Source: Eledone cirrhosa
Lineage: Eukaryota
Assembly (NCBI GenBank): GCA_964016885.1
Contig: OZ024742.1
Location: 103,664,001 to 103,728,000, forward strand
DNA length: 64,000 bases
Reading direction: 5' to 3'
Position 1 is the first letter of the stretch; the number at the start of each line of letters is the position of its first letter. The notes under the pieces are model-generated. The model did no database searches, had not been told where the DNA came from, and saw nothing but the letters and a program-made list of their open reading frames with translations. The position numbers and the translations under genes were made by a program. Below, piece after piece: positions 62,896-64,000 of this stretch.

Positions 62896-63027
62896 TGGTC
62901 TCTCTTTTTTCTTTTTGTTTATTTTTCTTTATTTCCTGGCTCACTTCACTTGTTTGATACCAACTCACCTGGAACTGCTCTTGTTTAATGATACAAATCT
63001 GCTCATTTTTAAAAGTTCATACTTATA

Positions 63028-63240
63028 ATAATGGTTTCTGATTTAGGCACAAGGCCAACAATTTTCGGCGGGAAGGGAGGTTGATTAAATCAACCCCAGT
63101 GCAGTACTGCTGCTATATTTCATCGACTCTGAAAGACAAAGCTAATCTCAGCAGGATTTGAACACAGATCATAAAGGGCCGTAACTCTATGCCGCAAAGC
63201 ATGGTGTCCAACACTCTACCGATACTGCCAATCCACCACT
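63028..63240 (-). mobile_element. SINE family B
   Basis: GGCACAAGGCCA...GGATTTGAAC...CTGCCAATCCACC. Confidence 0.65.
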
Positions 63241-63494
63241 CTTTATACTTTCCATATTAATTTTATTTAAGAAATGTTCATCAAGTAATGTTTTATACAT
63301 CAACTTACTATTGAAAAGGCTGATTATTTCAGTAAATTCTTCAAAATTATCAAAATGAATTCATACAAGTAGACAAAGTACTTTATTAGAAATATGGTAA
63401 TTAAAGGGTTCACTGACCTAATATGAAGTTCATAACTCCTCAGATGTCTATGATTGTTAAACTTGATTTTATTTTAAGCCTGTCTTAAGCCATT

Positions 63495-63755
63495 TAAGGC
63501 TCATTAGGCCAGTGCTTATCCCGGTTCCATGGCTTGAAGCAACTGAGAGTACAAAATTCCCCCTGGACAGAATCCCAGTCTATCGTAGGGTTAAGCCCCC
63601 AGCTAGTGTTGGTATTCATTTTCAACTGAGTATACTGGAGCAACGTGAAATGAAGTGTTTTGCTCAGGAACACAACATGCAACCCAGCCCAGGAATCGAA
63701 CCCAACACATTATGATGATAAGTCCAACGCCTTTACCACTAGGCCACATGCCACT
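63495..63755 (-). mobile_element. SINE family A
   Basis: Reverse complement of the 43761-44045 type. Confidence 0.7.
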
Positions 63756-64000
63756 GTTGATGTTATTACTCAGTTAACCTTGTTGCTAATGTTGTTTGCT
63801 AAGTCTACTATGGTTGCAACACCTGATTTCATTACTATATCAACAGTGCTACTTGATTTAATAATGAAGTCAACACTATTGCTATTACTGTTGTTGCAAA
63901 TCCTTGTTGATGCTCTTTCAAGTAAATATCTCCACATCTTTCCAGTTGTTTTTATATTTATGGGGATGGAAGATTGATCATTGCAAAACTGGTCTAGTTC

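Overview
AT-rich, microsatellite-dense animal genomic DNA. The SINE/RTE/Penelope mix resembles an octopus (coleoid cephalopod) genome; this is an inference. Nearly all ORFs in the supplied track are microsatellite noise or transposon fragments. By reading splice signals I assembled one host gene on the + strand that the ORF track misses. Four short coding exons (11158-11206, 30639-30728, 43017-43064, 44237-44364), all joined by phase-1 GT-AG introns, encode a 104-aa secreted protein with 12 cysteines: signal peptide, a 6-Cys WAP-like module, and a 6-Cys VWC/pacifastin-like module. A probable non-coding terminal exon starts at 62678. The introns are filled with 5'-truncated RTE, Tx1/L1-like, CR1 and Penelope-like retroelements, tRNA-derived SINEs, mariner MITEs and Helitron-like pieces. 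Notable non-coding structures are many type-I hammerhead ribozyme motifs, a ~418-nt circularly permuted retrozyme-like repeat, a G-U-biased long hairpin, large fold-back palindromes, and a minisatellite rich in YCAAGGTCA nuclear-receptor sites. All calls come from manual reading, and repeat boundaries are approximate.
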